A stretch of 63,204 nucleotides of DNA, the filler included, from Octopus bimaculoides (taxonomy: Eukaryota): NCBI RefSeq assembly GCF_001194135.2. It is 6 parts of 6 records of this genome, joined end to end, with 100 filler letters (N's around TTAATTAATTAA, not from the genome) between each part and the next. Parts side by side here need not be neighbours in the genome. Positions count along the whole stretch, not along the records: positions 7,485 to 14,412 come from NC_068990.1; positions 14,513 to 44,405 come from NC_069005.1; 4 more parts are not named here. The stretch is one strand, 5' to 3'. Below the pieces are notes generated by a model. That model saw only the letters and a program-made list of their open reading frames with translations. It ran no database searches and was not told where the DNA came from. Shown one piece after another: positions 13,441 through 28,574 of this stretch (its first letter is position 1; the number at the start of each line of letters is the position of its first letter). The translations under genes were made by a program, and so were the position numbers.

Positions 13441-14137
13441 TCTTTCTGCCAGTCTTATAAGAAAAGCCGTTGAAAACATGTGCTGATTTTCAAAAAGTTC
13501 CAATGCCGAGTCTCAAAGTTTCGTTTTATTCGTTGCGTTAAAATAATGTTATGCGTTCATACAGAGTGTGTCATATATTTATAGACGTTTTACTCACTTC
13601 GAAAGTTAATTGGAGCAGATGGAGAGAAAGCTCATCAGAGTGGTGGAAGCACAAACAAAGAGATGCTTCTCCTATCTGCCAAAAATTTAGGTAAAATTTA
13701 TGAGCAGGTATTTAGAAAATGGAAAAAAAAGTATAGCAGACACGCACGGCAAAAGACTACTTTGTGACAGAAAGACGATGTTGATTTAAAGATTCGCAAC
13801 ATGATAAACAAACAATAAGAGCAATAACAAAAATAAGAATATACACTAATACACTTATACATGGACACATGGGCACACACACGCACACACGCACACACAC
13901 ACGCACACATGCGCACGCGAGCGCACACACACGCACACATGCGCACGCGAGCGCACACATGCGCACGCGAGCGCACACACACAAACAAACACACAATTTG
14001 GTGGACGTAAATGTTAATTTGACTTGTCGAATAAATAAATAAATAAAGAAAGAAATCGATAAGTTAAAGAAAACATTCCGGAGTTGGGAAAGATCCAGCC
14101 GGATAAACGTATGGTCGTTTTGTGTCACGAAAGAATA

Positions 14138-14192
<55 letters not shown>

Positions 14193-14219
14193 GCGCGCGC
14201 GTACAAGCGTGTGTGTATG

Positions 14220-14268
<49 letters not shown>

Positions 14269-14357
14269 TTATCTATCTGTGTGTCTGTCTGTGTGTCTGT
14301 CTGTGTGTCTGTCTGTGTGTCTGTCCGTGTGTCTGTCTGTGTGTCTGTCTGTGTGTC

Positions 14358-14412
<55 letters not shown>

Positions 14413-15253
14413 NNNNNNNNNNNNNNNNNNNNNNNNNNNNNNNNNNNNNNNNNNNNTTAATTAATTAANNNNNNNNNNNNNNNNNNNNNNNNNNNNNNNN
14501 NNNNNNNNNNNNAGATATAGATATACACACAGATACGCACACACACGCACACATACATATGTAATTATACGAACATACATACACGCTCTCCGGATTGAGC
14601 AGCTGTATCATAAACACTGGATCCCCTCTTAGTTCATTATGATGGCTACAAAAGCTTTCTTTACTATGGATTTACGATAGAAGGGAGACAACTCTAATTT
14701 TTTTTTTCCGTATTTTTGGTTTTCTTTTCACGAATGCAACTTTGCGTCCGATTTCGAGTTGTTAGTAGTGATCTGTTCTGCAAATGCTAGAGGCCATGAA
14801 CTCGGAAGTTGACCTCTGAAACACTTATAATTTATCAGCAGAAAATATACAAAATGTGAGACACAAGCGTGACTCATTAAAATTAACTGGCATTATCTAT
14901 AGGTCAACGGCGCTGAGCTGACAGCATCCATAATACGCCGAGCAAACTGCTTGGCGGAATTTCGTGTGTTTTTCCGCTCTGGGTTCTACTTTACATATCA
15001 TCCTTTCGGGGTCGATAAAGTAGTTACCAGTGGCACACTGGTGTCGATGCAATCGACTTAAACCCCATCTCCCACTCCGAAATTACTGACTTTCAGCCAT
15101 AACATGAAACCAATATTTCTAGATCAATGTAAATTGACTTTTCATACCAAATTCAACTACACGGGCGCATTAGGTTTAAATGTACAAAATAAAAAAAAAC
15201 ATATTTTAATATAAATAATACTATTAGATATACATATATATCTACACACACAC

Positions 15254-15321
<68 letters not shown>

Positions 15322-16589
15322 GTATGTATACACATATATGCATATATACATATATATACATGTATACATATATATATGTGTGTGTCTGTGTGTGTATCTA
15401 TTTATATCTATATCAATATACATATAAATACGGACATATATGTGTATATACGTACATCTATACCCGCTTGTGTGTGTGTGTTTGTGGCTGTGTGGTAAGA
15501 AACTTGCTTCCCAACCACATGGTTCCGTGTTCAGTCCTGTTTCGTGCGCAAAAGAGATATTGTGGCTAATAAAAAAAAAACAGCAAGACTAAAATACACA
15601 CCAGGCATCTATGTCGTATCTTTAGATAAGTATATTTTGCATTGGATAGTTCCCTTGGGCAGGATACGTTCAGCCAAACGGATGGCGATCATGATGATGA
15701 TTGTAAAGACTTCACGTTAAATTTTCGTTACTCAATTATAACATCAGCTGGCGTTTCCATCAGCACCTTGTCAACGTAGGGTTCAATAGGTTGAGTTTAG
15801 CGTTAGATAACTGCAGAACACCTGCATGGCTAGAGGGGTTTATCATTCCCGTTTCATTTCCACACACATCTATATCTCTTTTAATAAATATTCCAATTAC
15901 CTGCTTTCAACGTATTTCAATTATAAGTACTTTCTTCGTCTCTGCAGAATCAATTAAAGATTCACCTGAACATAATTGATGTTATGAATCCTTCATTATT
16001 TCTTATAGTTTACCTCGAGCCTGATGTTGTCACAATCGTAATCTTATAATTTTTAATTGACAGTAGTGTTTGCGATGTCAGTCGGTGGGATTTGCCAGTG
16101 TCATTATCCAGACCCGTTCAAGTGAAGAAATATTTCAGACAATTTCTAGAAACGTTCGGTTTAATACGACTTCAAATTAAACCTTTTATTAAACCTATTA
16201 TTATTTTTTTCTTACTTGTTTAAGTCATTCAGTACACACACAGCCATACAAAAACAAACATACGCACATATACAGACCCACAAACACACACACACACACT
16301 CACACAAGCATACACACACTCTCACACAAACATATACGACGAGCGTCTTTTGGTATCCGTCCACTAAATACACTCAATAGCAACTGGTGTGCACGAAGAT
16401 ATAGTAGGGGACGCTTGTCCTATCTCAAAACAAGAACCAATATCTGGAGCCATAGTTTCTTCCATTTGAAAATCGATAGATCCATGTGCTCAGAGCTTAC
16501 AGATTGCTTAGCAGGTTATAAAAATCTGCCATTAAGCAAGGTGTCTTAATGGCAAGAAACTAATTGCTAATATAACGTACATGACATTA

Positions 16590-16628
<39 letters not shown>

Positions 16629-18005
16629 AATTGTATATATATATATATGTTTCTTTTTCTTTGTATATATAACGCTTGTACATTAAGTGTATAAAATAGA
16701 CATATTTATCCGAAAATATGGTTTCAAGTGTTGGCTTTGTGGTCTAACTTTCATGACATGTTCTATATTCCAACTGTAATCCATTTTCCTCTTACTTCTC
16801 TCACTGGCATGATTTAATTTAGCTACTTCCGGTACATTTTCTTCATTCATTTACAGAAAATTCCACCCACCCATTCTTCCTGTTCATCCATTAATAGCAG
16901 TTGAACAAAAACAAAACTGTATTATTCTTTTCTTTTTGACCATATTTTTCCTTCTCTTATCCTCCATATATGTTTGTGTTTGACTATGTGTGTGTGTCTT
17001 AGTATGTGTACCTCTCTATGTATATATGTATGTATGATATATGTACGAAGGAATGTAGATATGTTTGCATATGCACAACTCCTGCATGCATTTCTAGAGA
17101 CAGTTATACAGGATGACGGGACAATACGGGCGGCGGTAAAATGAGTGCGTGGGAATTTTAGTTCAAGACTTCAAAGTTTACAAAGTGTCATTCCTTATTT
17201 ACTTAACCGGAAAACAACACAAAACAGTAAGAGGAAATCTCTCACTAATATTTTCCTTTTAACATTGTTACTCTGTTCTTTCTTTTACGTATTTTGTTGT
17301 ACTTTTACACTGTTTGCAGCGGATTGGCAGACATTTTTGTAATGTTTTTACAGCTAATATATTTTGATGTAAAATCTGTGCATTTATTTTTTTGTAATTT
17401 TTGTATCTTTTCGACTGTCTTTCTTATAAATTAACGTAATGTAATTTTTCAGCTATTTTAGTAGTCGACGTAAAGGTCTAAGATTTTGAGGTGATAGCTG
17501 TCGGAACGGGTTAGAGAGAGTGGGTAGGGCATGCGCAGATGAACTGCTTAATTTAATTTAATTTTTACTCGTTATCTGTAAATTTTCTTCGTCTTCTATC
17601 AACTAAAACTTTTTTGTCTGTCATTTTTTTCTTTCCTATGTGAGAATGAAAAATAATATAATTAATGCGGTTTATCTGAATGCCTTGATTTTGTGTTGTG
17701 GTGATTTTTTATGGGGTGGGGTGAGGTGGTTGCGTGTGCATGTGTAAGCACTATGTGTGTATGTGTGTGTGTGAATGCGCGTCTGTTTGTGTTCACGATG
17801 TATTGTATTTGCATGCACGATAAGATTTGTGTGAACGTATCTATGTATATATGAATAAATAAAACATAAATAAATATATATGCACAAACATACATATAAT
17901 GTATATATACACATACATAAATATACTATACATATATATTCACGTACGGTCTTATACACAGGTAAGCACGCACATATATGGTGTGCAGGCTTGTACAGCT
18001 TGTGT

Positions 18006-18130
<125 letters not shown>

Positions 18131-18629
18131 TATATATATAAATAGAGAGAGAGAGAGAAAGAGAGGGAGAGAGAGAGAGAGACATGTATATATATACATG
18201 CGTTTACACGTAGCTACACTATGTGATTATTTGCGTGTATGTGTATATACATGTTTGTGTGTGTGTATGTTTGTATGAATATGTACACTACGTATTGTAT
18301 GTGTAGTAATTTGTTGTCTATGCTGAAAAACAATACTCGTCCCCTCTTGTTTGGTAACCTGATAATAAATAATGTTAATATTACATTATTCTTATCTACG
18401 ATATATTGTTTATATGTTATTGTCATCTTTTATTGTTTCCTTAGAGATTTTTTTTGGCATATTAATTGTTTATCTATGTTTATTTTAGCCTGTTGTCATT
18501 TTTATTCTCAATTTTTCTCATATCAATTTCCTACTCTTCCTCCATTTTCTTTTCGTATTAATTTACAAGTGAACATCAATATAATCATATGAACGCAGCA
18601 ACGTTCTTGGATTGCCATCATAGTTAGAA

Positions 18630-18850
18630 TTGCATTACAAACATTGCTTGTGTATTTCCTTACATTTGAATGAAGTAGGCCAGCTTCTCTGTTTATTCGG
18701 CCGGGTTTCATAACATAAAATTTCATTCAAGTGTATAATGTTTGTGTAAGCGTCTGCTGTGTGTGGTCATGTGATTTACGTATCAATTAATAACTTTGTT
18801 CCTGTTGTGATAGTCGTCGTGGTTGTTAAATCTTTGGTCGTTGGTTGTTT
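18630..18850 (-). mobile_element. Possible PLE endonuclease C-terminal remnant
   Basis: Frameshift-joined minus-strand reading QRFNNH...NHMTTH...HYTLE.NEILCYETRPNKQR...AYFIQM.GNT resembles the H...W..IL..E...R...EA.FI....N tail of GIY-YIG domains. Requires several frameshifts. Confidence 0.35.
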
Positions 18851-19070
18851 TGTTTCAAGTGATATCTGTTGTTTTTATTAGTTTCATTATCTCGACGAAA
18901 TTCACCTACGTACTTATTTTTTACAACCTGGTACTTACTCTATAGTGTTCCTTTACCGGGCCGCTAATTTAAGGGAACGTAAACGAACGAGCACTGGTTG
19001 TCAAAACACACGGACATCAATATAGACTAAATCAAATAAATGCTCATGCAGAGGAAAAACAAAATGCCCA

Positions 19071-19430
19071 GTGATGTACCTCTGTATCAGTACGAATCTT
19101 GTATATAAATGCAACATTCATACAACGGAAGGACCGTATGCTTACATTGGGGCAACAGCCGATTCATCTAAGAATCGTTATTGCAAACATATCGACGGCT
19201 TCAAGAACGTCAACAAGATGCATACGACATCTTTCGTCGATTTTTTGTGTGGCGAGTTAAGAAGGATAAAATTAAATTCCATATAACTTGATCCATAATA
19301 AGGCACGCATAACCTTATAATATCCATTCTAGGAGATGCAAATTCTGATCCGACAAATGCCTGTCTATTTTGTGGACCAATGAGAATATCATTAAAAGGA
19401 TTTAGAAAATACTCTCCAGATGCTTATTGT
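19071..19430 (+). mobile_element. Penelope-like element GIY-YIG fragment (decayed; frameshifts and stops)
   Basis: LVYKCNIHTTEGPYAYIGATADSSKNRYCKH...HTTSFVDF, then after a frameshift PYNIHSRRCKF*SDKCLSILWTNENIIKRI. Clearly homologous to 48660-48990. Confidence 0.82.
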
Positions 19431-19918
19431 GTATATTGTGTATATTGTCTCGACAACTACGCCAAAGAATTAAATTTAGAAGTATATTAAGTAAAATGTT
19501 AGGTATGTGTATCATATGCAAAGGGAATTAGTTAATACGAAGATAAAAGCCAACAGTGCGCGCGTTTAACGACGTCTATCCACATTGTGACTAAAATCTT
19601 CATTCTCATATACACACTTATTCATTAGAATATCGGAATATTTCGGACAAAATCTGCATTAAATGGCTCCCGTACGTGACTAGACGGTACTGTGAAATTT
19701 GTCAACGATGCATATACTTATACATACATATATACATGCATACACACACACACAAACACATACACACAGACACACAAACACATACACACACAGACACACA
19801 TATATATATATATGTGTTTGTATGTATGTATGTATACACATATATGCACACACATTTATATATGCGTGTGTGTGTGTGCCTATGGGCGTATATGTGTGCG
19901 AGTATGTATACATACTTA

Positions 19919-19956
<38 letters not shown>

Positions 19957-20754
19957 GGTATGTATGTATATATGTACATATGTATATATACATATGTAGA
20001 TATGTAGATACATACATACATACAGTCATACATACACACAAATACAGAAACACATACGAACACATATTTTATGTACACCTACCCCATTCTATGCTTCTAA
20101 GCATGAAATTTAAAACTTTTGCTTGGAATGATACGATCACAACCACATAACACATGATAATGTAAGCATTAGTGTACATGCATAAATACCAATCTCTCGG
20201 ACAGACATTTGCCAGGAATATATGTATGAAAAGGAATTATGTCGTTGAGTCCATACCATATAAATGTATTAATGACGCCATTTGCGAATGTATAGTCTCC
20301 AAGCACCGCTCACAGCATTATATCAGAATATATTACTTACTTACAGTTGTAAAGGAGAAAGAAATTGAAGCAAAAACTACGAGATGATATACCAAATATT
20401 TCGACATTACAACTGTCGGTTTTTATAATTTTGGATCCGTATGCTACAGAAAATGTCACTTCAAATTGGATTACAAACGGGGACTTGTCAAATGCTCGGT
20501 TGCAATACGCCCTGTATCTTATGCATTTATATATATCTAAGCATGTATATAGATATATCAGAACCAATAAATGCTTCTTAATGTGTGTGCATTTGATCCT
20601 TTCTATATATATAAACGTACATACAGATGACTCCATAATATATGTTTCTGTATGTGCATGTATGTGTGTACATGTGTGTGTGGTGTGTATACATATGTGA
20701 ATATTATCTACATATATGTAAATATAAATGTATATGACAATAATAAAAATGCGC

Positions 20755-20791
<37 letters not shown>

Positions 20792-21094
20792 NNNNNNNNN
20801 NNNNNNNNNNNNNNNNNNNNNNNNNNNNNNNNNNNNNNNNNNNNNNNNNNNNNNNNNNNNNNNNNNNNNNNNNNNNNNNNNNNNNNNNNNNNNNNNNNNN
20901 NNNNNNNNNNNNNNNNNNNNNNNNNNNNNNNNNNNNNNNNNNNNNNNNNNNNNNNNNNNAATACAGATAGATTGGTAAATACACGTCATTAAATAGACAG
21001 ATAAATAGACAGAGAGAACGATTTACCAGCGAGATAAACAGACACAACGATTGATATACAGGTAGATTGTTAGGCAGGAAGGTGGATACAGGCG

Positions 21095-21134
<40 letters not shown>

Positions 21135-21458
21135 CATGCACACACACATATACTCATTTATAAAGTGTGTATATATCTGCTCGAGTGTGGGTGTGAGAAT
21201 AGACACACCGTATAAATTGTCGATAACCAATTAGATCACACAATCTCATAACATGCATTAGATACACGAGGTATGTATTTTAAGTAAATGCTAGTTGTAA
21301 AACTTTGTCAGCGAATTGCTCATTCATAATATGCCGTTTACGCTAACAAGCCAGGCAACGGCTATCATGCGCACACGTGCACACACACACCGTTAGCGCG
21401 TGCACAGACACACTTAGAAAGGTATACCTATCTATATATATATATATATATACATTTC

Positions 21459-21491
<33 letters not shown>

Positions 21492-21757
21492 TGGTATTTA
21501 TATACAATATGTATAAATGTGTATGTGCGTGTGTGTGTGTGTGTTTGTGTGTGTATGTGTATGTGTGTGTGTGTGTGTGTGTGTAAAATACCCAGAGGCA
21601 TAATGAGACCGACAAATACATAATACGTATATATTTAGTTAGGTAGAAAAAAGTATTGAGGAACTTGTATACAGACACACAGGCATATCTATCTTTCTAT
21701 CCATTCGTCTACATGTATTCACTCACACACACACTCAAACACACACACACACACACA

Positions 21758-21800
<43 letters not shown>

Positions 21801-21804
<4 letters not shown>

Positions 21805-22310
21805 CATCAACATACTCTTTCTGGGTGACTTCAACTTCCCACATGTTAAACGGCCAGAAGAGCACATCCTCACCGGGATGTCACTGCATGAACAAAAGCA
21901 TGTAGAGTCATTACTTGAACTAACTAATATGCTGTTCATAGAGCAAGTGATACTCAGGCCAATCAAGGGAAACAACGTATTGGACCTCAATTTCACAAAT
22001 AATGTGGACCTTATTCATAATGTGAAAGTTACACCAGCAGCACTCTCAGATCACAACATTGTTGAACTATGTTTGGTCCTGTGCGCACTGTTGGTATCTA
22101 CCCTATCAGGAAGACTGAAGCCTTAGTCAACCTGAATTTCTATAAGGCAAAACAAGAACCAATCTGCAAAGAGATTCACAAACGAATCTGATACAACATT
22201 CTATGTATGCAAAACATTGACTTGAAACTCAGCCAATTTATGTGAATAGTGTAAGCTTTATGAACTAAATATACCCCAGAAAGAAAGACCAGCACACTGA
22301 CAAGATTACC
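21801..22310 (+). mobile_element. Non-LTR retrotransposon (CR1/L2-like) APE endonuclease fragment
   Basis: NILFLGDFNFP...EQVILRPIKGNNVLDLNFTNN..LIHNVKVTPAALSDHNIVE: GDFN, LDLxFTN and SDH motifs. Decays after about 22080. Confidence 0.88.
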
Positions 22311-23127
22311 AGGCTAGTTAGATGTACTGATTGACGACTATATATACAATAATATTATATAATGCTTATTGTTTTGTTGTTACTTGTTTAGAAATAACCA
22401 TTTTCAAATTATGTTGATATTGTGTACAATTGTTGACGTCATAATCTCTGTCTAATAAGGTTTAGCATTGTAACTAATTCTTCGTTCGGATTTGAAAGTC
22501 TCTTTTGAATCAAAATATTAAAAGAACATAATTTATTTATGACGTAGGGATTATACTTCAAGAAAACAGATACTGTCTTTAAAATATATTGCGCGAAATA
22601 GAAAAGGTTTAATCAAGTGAAAACGCAGCAGCAACGAGAAGCACAATTTTTTAAAGATGGCGTTGCATAATATCGAATTTGGGTGATATTTTACGCCATC
22701 AAAATGAAGACTGAATTTATAAAAGATTACTCGATTTTAAGAATAATACTTATTAGACTCGTTGTTATGTTAGTCTGTGACGTATTAAAGGAAGATACAA
22801 GACTAAGAACTTGGTATGATTAATACGAAGAAGTACAAATTAAATAATACTTCTTAGTTTTGTAGAAGATATCAAGTTTAAATTTAATTGTCAGATACAT
22901 CACGTCACAGACGCTTTGTGGAAACGTTAAATTTTAATACGTAAATATAAGCGCATACATTCACATACATATATATAGATGTTTGACTGTTCTTATCTAG
23001 ACGTAATATTTAACAGCAACCATAGATTATAAGTTGTATTCGAGACTAATCTGAAAGCTACATCCTACATTGAAGTCATCACACACAATGTTAGAACACA
23101 AAGGCACAAATATATATATATATATAT

Positions 23128-23162
<35 letters not shown>

Positions 23163-23183
23163 TATAGGAATATATTTCCAGTT

Positions 23184-23215
<32 letters not shown>

Positions 23216-24374
23216 NNNNNNNNNNNNNNNNNNNNNNNNNNNNNNNNNNNNNNNNNNNNNNNNNNNNNNNNNNNNNNNNNNNNNNNNNNNNNNNNNNNNN
23301 NNNNNNNNNNNNNNNNNNNNNNNNNNNNNNNNNNNNNNNNNNNNNNNNNNNNNNNNNNNNNNNNNNNNNNNNNNNNNNNNNNNNNNNNNNNNNNNNNNNN
23401 NNNNNNNNNNNNNNNNNNNNNNNNNNNNNNNNNNNNNNNNNNNNNNNNNNNNNNNNNNNNNNNNNNNNNNNNNNNNNNNNNNNNNNNNNNNNNNNNNNNN
23501 NNNNNNNNNNNNNNNNNNNNNNNNNNNNNNNNNNNNNNNNNNNNNNNNNNNNNNNNNTATATATTTATATATATACGTGTGTGTGTGAGTGTGAGTGGGG
23601 GTGCACGTGTGTGTGTGTGCGGGTATGCACGTATGCATAAATACTTCTGTGTGTGCACGAATAAAACAAAATCAAAGCTGTGTGATTCAACCATTGTTTC
23701 CCTCCCTCCACATCCACAAATGCCCATCCACCCCGACTCCATGCGCAACAGAAGGAAAAAAAAAAACTAAAACAGACTTCGATGAAGAAACACGTTGAAT
23801 TACTTGCGACAACAATAGATTTCTCTAAATGCGATTTTGCACACATATCCTTTACTTTTTCTAAACTTCATTTTTAATTTTATTATTTGTTGTTCTTTTT
23901 TTGTGCTTTTCGAAAATAAGAGGATTTATAGATTTAACAAAGCACTTCTAGCTCTATATCGGTTAGGTAGGTAAATGTGTATTTAGTAATATTAATGAAA
24001 GAATTCTACCTTTCAGATAACGCGCGCTTACGAAGCATGTCTTTCTCTTTAAATAATTGCCGAGATTTCTATGACGCTATTGAAACGGTAGATAAAGGCA
24101 AGATTTTCAAAGACAACTGATAGAATGCTTCAGTATCTATCAAAAATATATGAGAGACGAAATAATTAAAGCAATCACAGAAATAACATTCTGGCATGCA
24201 GCAGCATCGTGGTTATGGGGTTAAACAGTTCTCGGCGAAAAGACGTCCCTTCCAGGTACGATTACATTCAGCGTTAACTTGTTCACGTGTATTTAGTCAT
24301 AGCCTCTAGATGGCCTATTTTTTTAATGCCGAGAAAAAGGAAGAGGGAAATAACGCCTAAGGTGTCTGTGAGCA

Positions 24375-24410
<36 letters not shown>

Positions 24411-24469
24411 ATCTATCTATCTATCTATCTATCTATCTACATCTATCTATCTATCTATCTGTCTGTCTA

Positions 24470-24516
<47 letters not shown>

Positions 24517-24521
24517 GTCTG

Positions 24522-24618
<97 letters not shown>

Positions 24619-24656
24619 ACATACATACATAAAATATGATGTTACTCAGTCGGATT

Positions 24657-24905
24657 AAGACGACGAGTTTCCAGTTGATCCGATCAACAGAACAGCCTGC
24701 TCGTGAAATTAACGAGAAAGCGGCTGAGCACGCCACAGACCGCGTACCGTGAACGTAATTTTAAAGGAGATTCAATGTGACACAAAATGTGACAAGGCTG
24801 GCTGTTTGAATTACAGGTACGACTTATTCTTGTTAGCTGAGTCGACTGGAGCAGCAGGAAATAACTTTTCTTGCTCAAGGACACAATGTACCGCCCGGAA
24901 CCAGA
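24657..24905 (-). mobile_element. SINE family B, partial antisense copy
   Basis: gacgacgagtttccagttgatccgatcaacagaacagcctgctcgtgaaattaacg...tgtgacacaaaatgtgacaaggctgg. Confidence 0.75.
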
Positions 24906-25036
24906 TCTATTTTATTTCTGTAAGAATACACGTTTCGGAAAGATTCTTGGTTTAGTGGGATCTCAACTCTATATATGATTTTGGTAGGATGTAGAAATTG
25001 CGATTTTGATCTAATAATGTTTCCATTTCTAATATG

Positions 25037-25114
<78 letters not shown>

Positions 25115-25685
25115 TGCATATATACTCTTTGCATAAACACAAGGATATTAATGGGAGAGAGTGTGGAAAGTGAAGCGCAGTGAGAGATGTGGAGAATTAA
25201 TGGTAAATGGTATTCCGCAGAATATCCTGGAAGAACGAGAAATTCGACCTCGATTTTCATTAACTAAATCATGATTAAGTAATCAGAGAGCAAACGAATT
25301 TCTTTCGAATCTATAATGCATGTGTCAAAGTCCTCACACATACTCTGAGAAAGGTACTATTACAGATGCACAAGCATATTCACACGCAAACATAAATATA
25401 AGCGTATATGTGAGAGTACATGTATGCAGACACACACACACACAGACATAAACATGCGCGCACACACCCGAATAGATGTATACATAGACGCCTATATTTG
25501 AGTCTCATTCTCTCTCTACCCACTATCTATAACTATAAACGTACACACACGTCACTATATACAACACTTGTTGTGTACACATGTATATGTATGCGCCTAT
25601 ATATATACATATGTATATATATATATGCATATATAAATATATATATCTATACCTCTGTGTGCATCTGTGTGTATATACAGACATC

Positions 25686-25719
<34 letters not shown>

Positions 25720-26253
25720 NNNNNNNNNNNNNNNNNNNNNNNNNNNNNNNNNNNNNNNNNNNNNNNNNNNNNNNNNNNNNNNNNNNNNNNNNNNNNNNNN
25801 NNNNNNNNNNNNNNNNNNNNNNNNNNNNNNNNNNNNNNNNNNNNNNNNNNNNNNNNNNNNNNNNNNNNNNNNNNNNNNNNNNNNNNNNNNNNNNNNNNNN
25901 NNNNNNNNNNNNNNNNNNNNNNNNNNNNNNNNNNNNNNNNNNNNNNNNNNNNNNNNNNNNNNNNNNNNNNNNNNNNNNNNNNNNNNNNNNNNNNNNNNNN
26001 NNNNNNNNNNNNNNNNNNNNNNNNNNNNNNNNNNNNNNNNNNNNNNNNNNNNNNNNNNNNNNNNNNNNNNNNNNNNNNNNNNNNNNNNNNNNNNNNNNNN
26101 NNNNNNNNNNNNNNNNNNNNNNNNNNNNNNNNNNNNNNNNNNNNNNNNNNNNNNNNNNNNNNNNNNNNNNNNNNNNNNNNNNNNNNNNNNNNNNNNNNNN
26201 NNNNNNNNNNNNNNNNNNNNNNNNNNNNNNNNNNNNNNNNNNNNNNNNNNNNN

Positions 26254-26295
<42 letters not shown>

Positions 26296-26975
26296 CATGT
26301 CTATACACACACACAAACACGTGTACATAGCTAAATAAATGAATGGATAGAACGATACCTAGATATAAAGACATACAAATATATGAATATATTTATTGAT
26401 TTTTCGCACCAATTAGTTTGACTTTAATTACTACAGAAATAGGCACGCAATCAATGATATTGCATGCGTCGCTGCTACCTCTGCCGTCGCTGTTGTTCCT
26501 CTCGGCGCCGCCAACGCAGCCGAGGCTGCGAAAATGGTTCTGACCTCTCGGTGATTAAAGACCAAAGCGTTCAACTGATTTAAAACCTAAAAACTTTCAA
26601 AACTCCTTTATTTGTCTACGTTAATCTTAGCTCCACACCGCTTTTGCTTTCATCCAAATCCGACCAACGACCCATTTCGCTTTGTACATTCCTCTCTAAC
26701 TACGATAACCACGCTCTGTAACCAAACAGCCAAAACAACCAACCACAAGCCAGCCAGTCATCGACAAACCAGTCACACGCGCGCACACACACATACACGT
26801 ACGCACGCGTGCACAAACACTGGACACATATACGACGCAAACAGACTCCCACATACGCACAAACACACACCAACACAGACATACATATAGATTCCTTCAC
26901 CTGAGTCCTATTCTCTCTCTCCTTTTATCTCTCTCGCGCTCTCTATTATCTATCTACCCATCCATTTCTTTGTGA

Positions 26976-27083
<108 letters not shown>

Positions 27084-27153
27084 CTCTATCTATCTATCTA
27101 TCAATCTATCTATCTATTTATTCCTATCTATCTATCTATCTATCTATTTATTC

Positions 27154-27195
<42 letters not shown>

Positions 27196-28574
27196 ATCTT
27201 TCTATTTATCTATCTATTTATATATCTTTATATCTGCAAACTTCACCTCATACGTAATGTTCCTGTCGCCAGTTACGCATATACCGACATTTATCAAAGA
27301 GCATTTCATTACGGCACACCTCACACAGAAAAGACGAACAACATACCAACAAATAAGTAACCGATATACTAATGTTACTAGAATCTCGTTGTCTTTTACA
27401 ATCCTATTAACGCATAGAGACAAGCAGCGGAAAGCGAATACACATACAAACACTAACTCCCATCCACACGTTAGCAATATATATATATATATATATACAT
27501 ACACACACAAGCATCCTTATATATATATATACATACATATACATCTTTGTGTGCGCGTCTGTGTGTGTGTGTGTGTGTACGTGTGTGTTTGCGACTTTGT
27601 ACTTGAATGTGTATGAATACATGCGTGTATGTCTATAGTAATGTGTGTGTAATTGTGAGTTCATTTTCAGGTAATGTGTTTGATTCCACATAGTCCGTTA
27701 ATTAAATGCCTATGCGCATGAATCTGTGAGTAGTGTGTGTGTATGTGTGTGTGTGTGTGTGTGCGCGTCTGCGTATGCATAAATATACATGAGCCAACGC
27801 ATGTGGAAGTGAACTACCGAAAAAACAAACAAAAAAAAAGAAATAAAAGGAAAAACAAAAACAGAATTTCGTGGCGTGACTTCTTTTCATTAGACAACAC
27901 GATATTTTCATTAAGCTGCAACGACGACACACGCATGCGACAGGGCTTTATGGTTTCGAGTTGGGTCTGTTTAACCCTTTACCATTCAGATTCTTCTGTT
28001 AAATGTAATGCTTATTCATTCACGTTGTTTCCAGTTTATTATACATTTATCATACATTATCTCTGAGATTTTAATCATGCTATTGATTATTTCTAAAATG
28101 TCATTGTAGGGTTGGTGTGAGAGGCCTCATCTATCTAGTTTGAATATAAAACAGGAGGAGAGTTTGGGCCTTGCTATGGCCGCTTCGAATACAAATGGTT
28201 TAAATATGTCGGTTCAAGATACCGCTCCACACTCCTCACTGCTTCTCTATTACTATTGATACCCATATCGTTTCCACCTCATAACCTTATCCTTCCTTTC
28301 ATTTTCATTTTATCTCCTATGATTTCTCGATATATTGTTGGTCTTCCCGCGTGCTGTGACCATAGCCCTCTTGTTAAGTCACGTTTCATAATATCAAAAC
28401 TCCATCGTTCTCATTTTTTCAACTTTACTGCTATTTCTACAATGACTGCAATTCATAAGTATTAATAAACTGTTTCTGACTCATGCAATTTTGAAGAATA
28501 AATGGAAGAACTGCTCATGACATCGTATTATTTCTGGCGGTTCTCTTTACTCTTTCATCTTTTAATTGTTTATG

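Noticed and set aside
13580-13645. Minus-strand CTGATGA...AAAACGTC candidate
   Set aside because: GAAA is mutated, stem II is poor and there is no stem I.
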